DNA from: Minisyncoccota bacterium
GTDB taxonomy: Bacteria > Patescibacteriota > Minisyncoccia > Minisyncoccales > RBG-13-42-11
Direction of reading: 5' to 3'
DNA length: 64,000 bases
NCBI GenBank assembly: GCA_016782605.1
Contig: JADHYE010000003.1
Location: forward strand, 6,852 to 70,851
Shown here: in pieces, positions 63,149 to 64,000 of the stretch
Layout: each line of letters opens with the position of its first letter
Numbering within the stretch: the first letter of the stretch is position 1
Notes under the pieces: model-generated
The model's input: only the letters and a program-made list of their open reading frames with translations
Told to the model about the DNA's origin: nothing
Database searches by the model: none
Translations under genes and position numbers: made by a program

Positions 63149-64000
63149 TTATCTGTTAAAAGGGTTCTTGGCACCGGTTACTCCAAAGTGAACGTGGCAT
63201 CCGGTAGACATTCCAGCTCCCGGCGTTCCTGGTTTACCGCCCATTAGAGCAACAATCTGGCCCTGGGAAACAACCTCTCCCGGGCTTACCAAGCTAGCAG
63301 AAAGGTGACCGTACATTGTCACCACTCCGTTGGGGTGCAATATTGTTAAGTTGCTGCCAGCTCCGCCAAAAGCCCATCTTGAAGTAGAGCTTGTCATCTG
63401 AACTTTCAAAACAGTACCAGCTGCAACCGCTCTAATCGGATCTCCGCACTTGCCGCCAAAATCAATTGCATTATACCAGTGAAGCCATTGGGTAATACGG
63501 CAAGCTGAGTGAGGGCAGATGAAATAGCTGCTGGCCAAAGGAACGCTGCTGGGTGCCTGCTGTTTTTGGATTGTTACAGAAGGCATGGTGCCGTTTGGCA
63601 CAACAATAATATCACCGACATATACAGCATTTTCATTAGCTAAGTCGTTAAAAGCGATAATATCATCTGTTTTCCCCTTGTAAGTCTGGGCAATACTGGA
63701 TATGGTATCTCCTGATTTTACGTGGTGGACCATACCGGAAACAGGCAGAATAACCAGTTTTTGGCCGGGTTTTACCACTGAGTTTTTATTCAAATCGTTT
63801 GCCCCAAAAATGGTATCCATGGAAATGTCGAATTTCTCGGCTAAAGACCATAAAGTGTCTCCCTCTTCAACAATATACTCAGTAATCACTTTTTCAACGT
63901 CTTCTGATTCATAGCCCGTAACCAGGGCTCCCAAAACCTGGGAGGAGAAAGTGTTCGGAGGAGTGGAAGCTATCATGCTGTTGTTCCCGATTAAAACAAA
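63149..64000 (-). CDS. LysM-LysM-M23 peptidoglycan endopeptidase (5' end probably off-window)
   Basis: Two LysM repeats (YIVEEGDTLWSLAEKF..., HHVKSGDTISSIAQTY...) and M23 motifs HPNGVVTMYGHL and GCHVHFG. The frame stays open to the window edge. Confidence 0.85.
   Translation of the reverse strand, partial: FVLIGNNSMIASTPPNTFSSQVLGALVTGYESEDVEKVITEYIVEEGDTLWSLAEKFDISMDTIFGANDLNKNSVVKPGQKLVILPVSGMVHHVKSGDTISSIAQTYKGKTDDIIAFNDLANENAVYVGDIIVVPNGTMPSVTIQKQQAPSSVPLASSYFICPHSACRITQWLHWYNAIDFGGKCGDPIRAVAAGTVLKVQMTSSTSRWAFGGAGSNLTILHPNGVVTMYGHLSASLVSPGEVVSQGQIVALMGGKPGTPGAGMSTGCHVHFGVTGAKNPFNR

Noticed and set aside
1-64000. CRISPR arrays, rRNA genes, prophage or transposase genes
   Set aside because: No regularly spaced direct repeats, no rRNA-like conserved blocks and no transposase- or integrase-like ORF were recognised anywhere in the window.

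Overview
AT-rich, very gene-dense bacterial chromosome segment. The taxonomic call is inference only: the content resembles a reduced Candidate Phyla Radiation / Patescibacteria-type genome. Supporting content is two type IV pilus (T4P) loci, short ValRS and IF-2, small T4SS-pilin-like secreted proteins, a membrane pyrophosphatase and free-standing GIY-YIG and LAGLIDADG-like genes. I read 24 intact tRNA genes by hand, plus housekeeping genes: recG, tsaD, valS, gyrA, rpsA, ftsH, rplS, rbfA, infB, rny, clpP, hppA, nusA, cca, rpsO and pnp. No rRNA and no CRISPR array were seen. Product calls rest on motifs I recognise in the supplied translations; no database search was run. The most unusual signals are non-coding. 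(1) A ~134-bp element with 15-bp terminal inverted repeats and a 4-bp duplication sits exactly on the start codons of pilC and gyrA. It converts ATG to GTG, and its removal restores ATG in both genes. (2) A related inverted-repeat pair (same CCCCGTTAGAA core) encloses a complete tRNA-Pro(TGG) nested inside the anticodon arm of a second Pro-like tRNA gene. (3) A palindromic multi-hairpin repeat family occurs in leaders and is inserted in frame inside tsaD and pnp. (4) The cca leader is ~150 nt long, sequesters the SD and start codon, and contains two mutually exclusive 10-bp helices. (5) A ~4-kb accessory island is bracketed by two [tRNA-Ser / conserved double hairpin / GIY-YIG] modules. It holds same-strand unrelated small genes separated by a hairpin repeat family, and two of those genes carry in-frame TAA stops.
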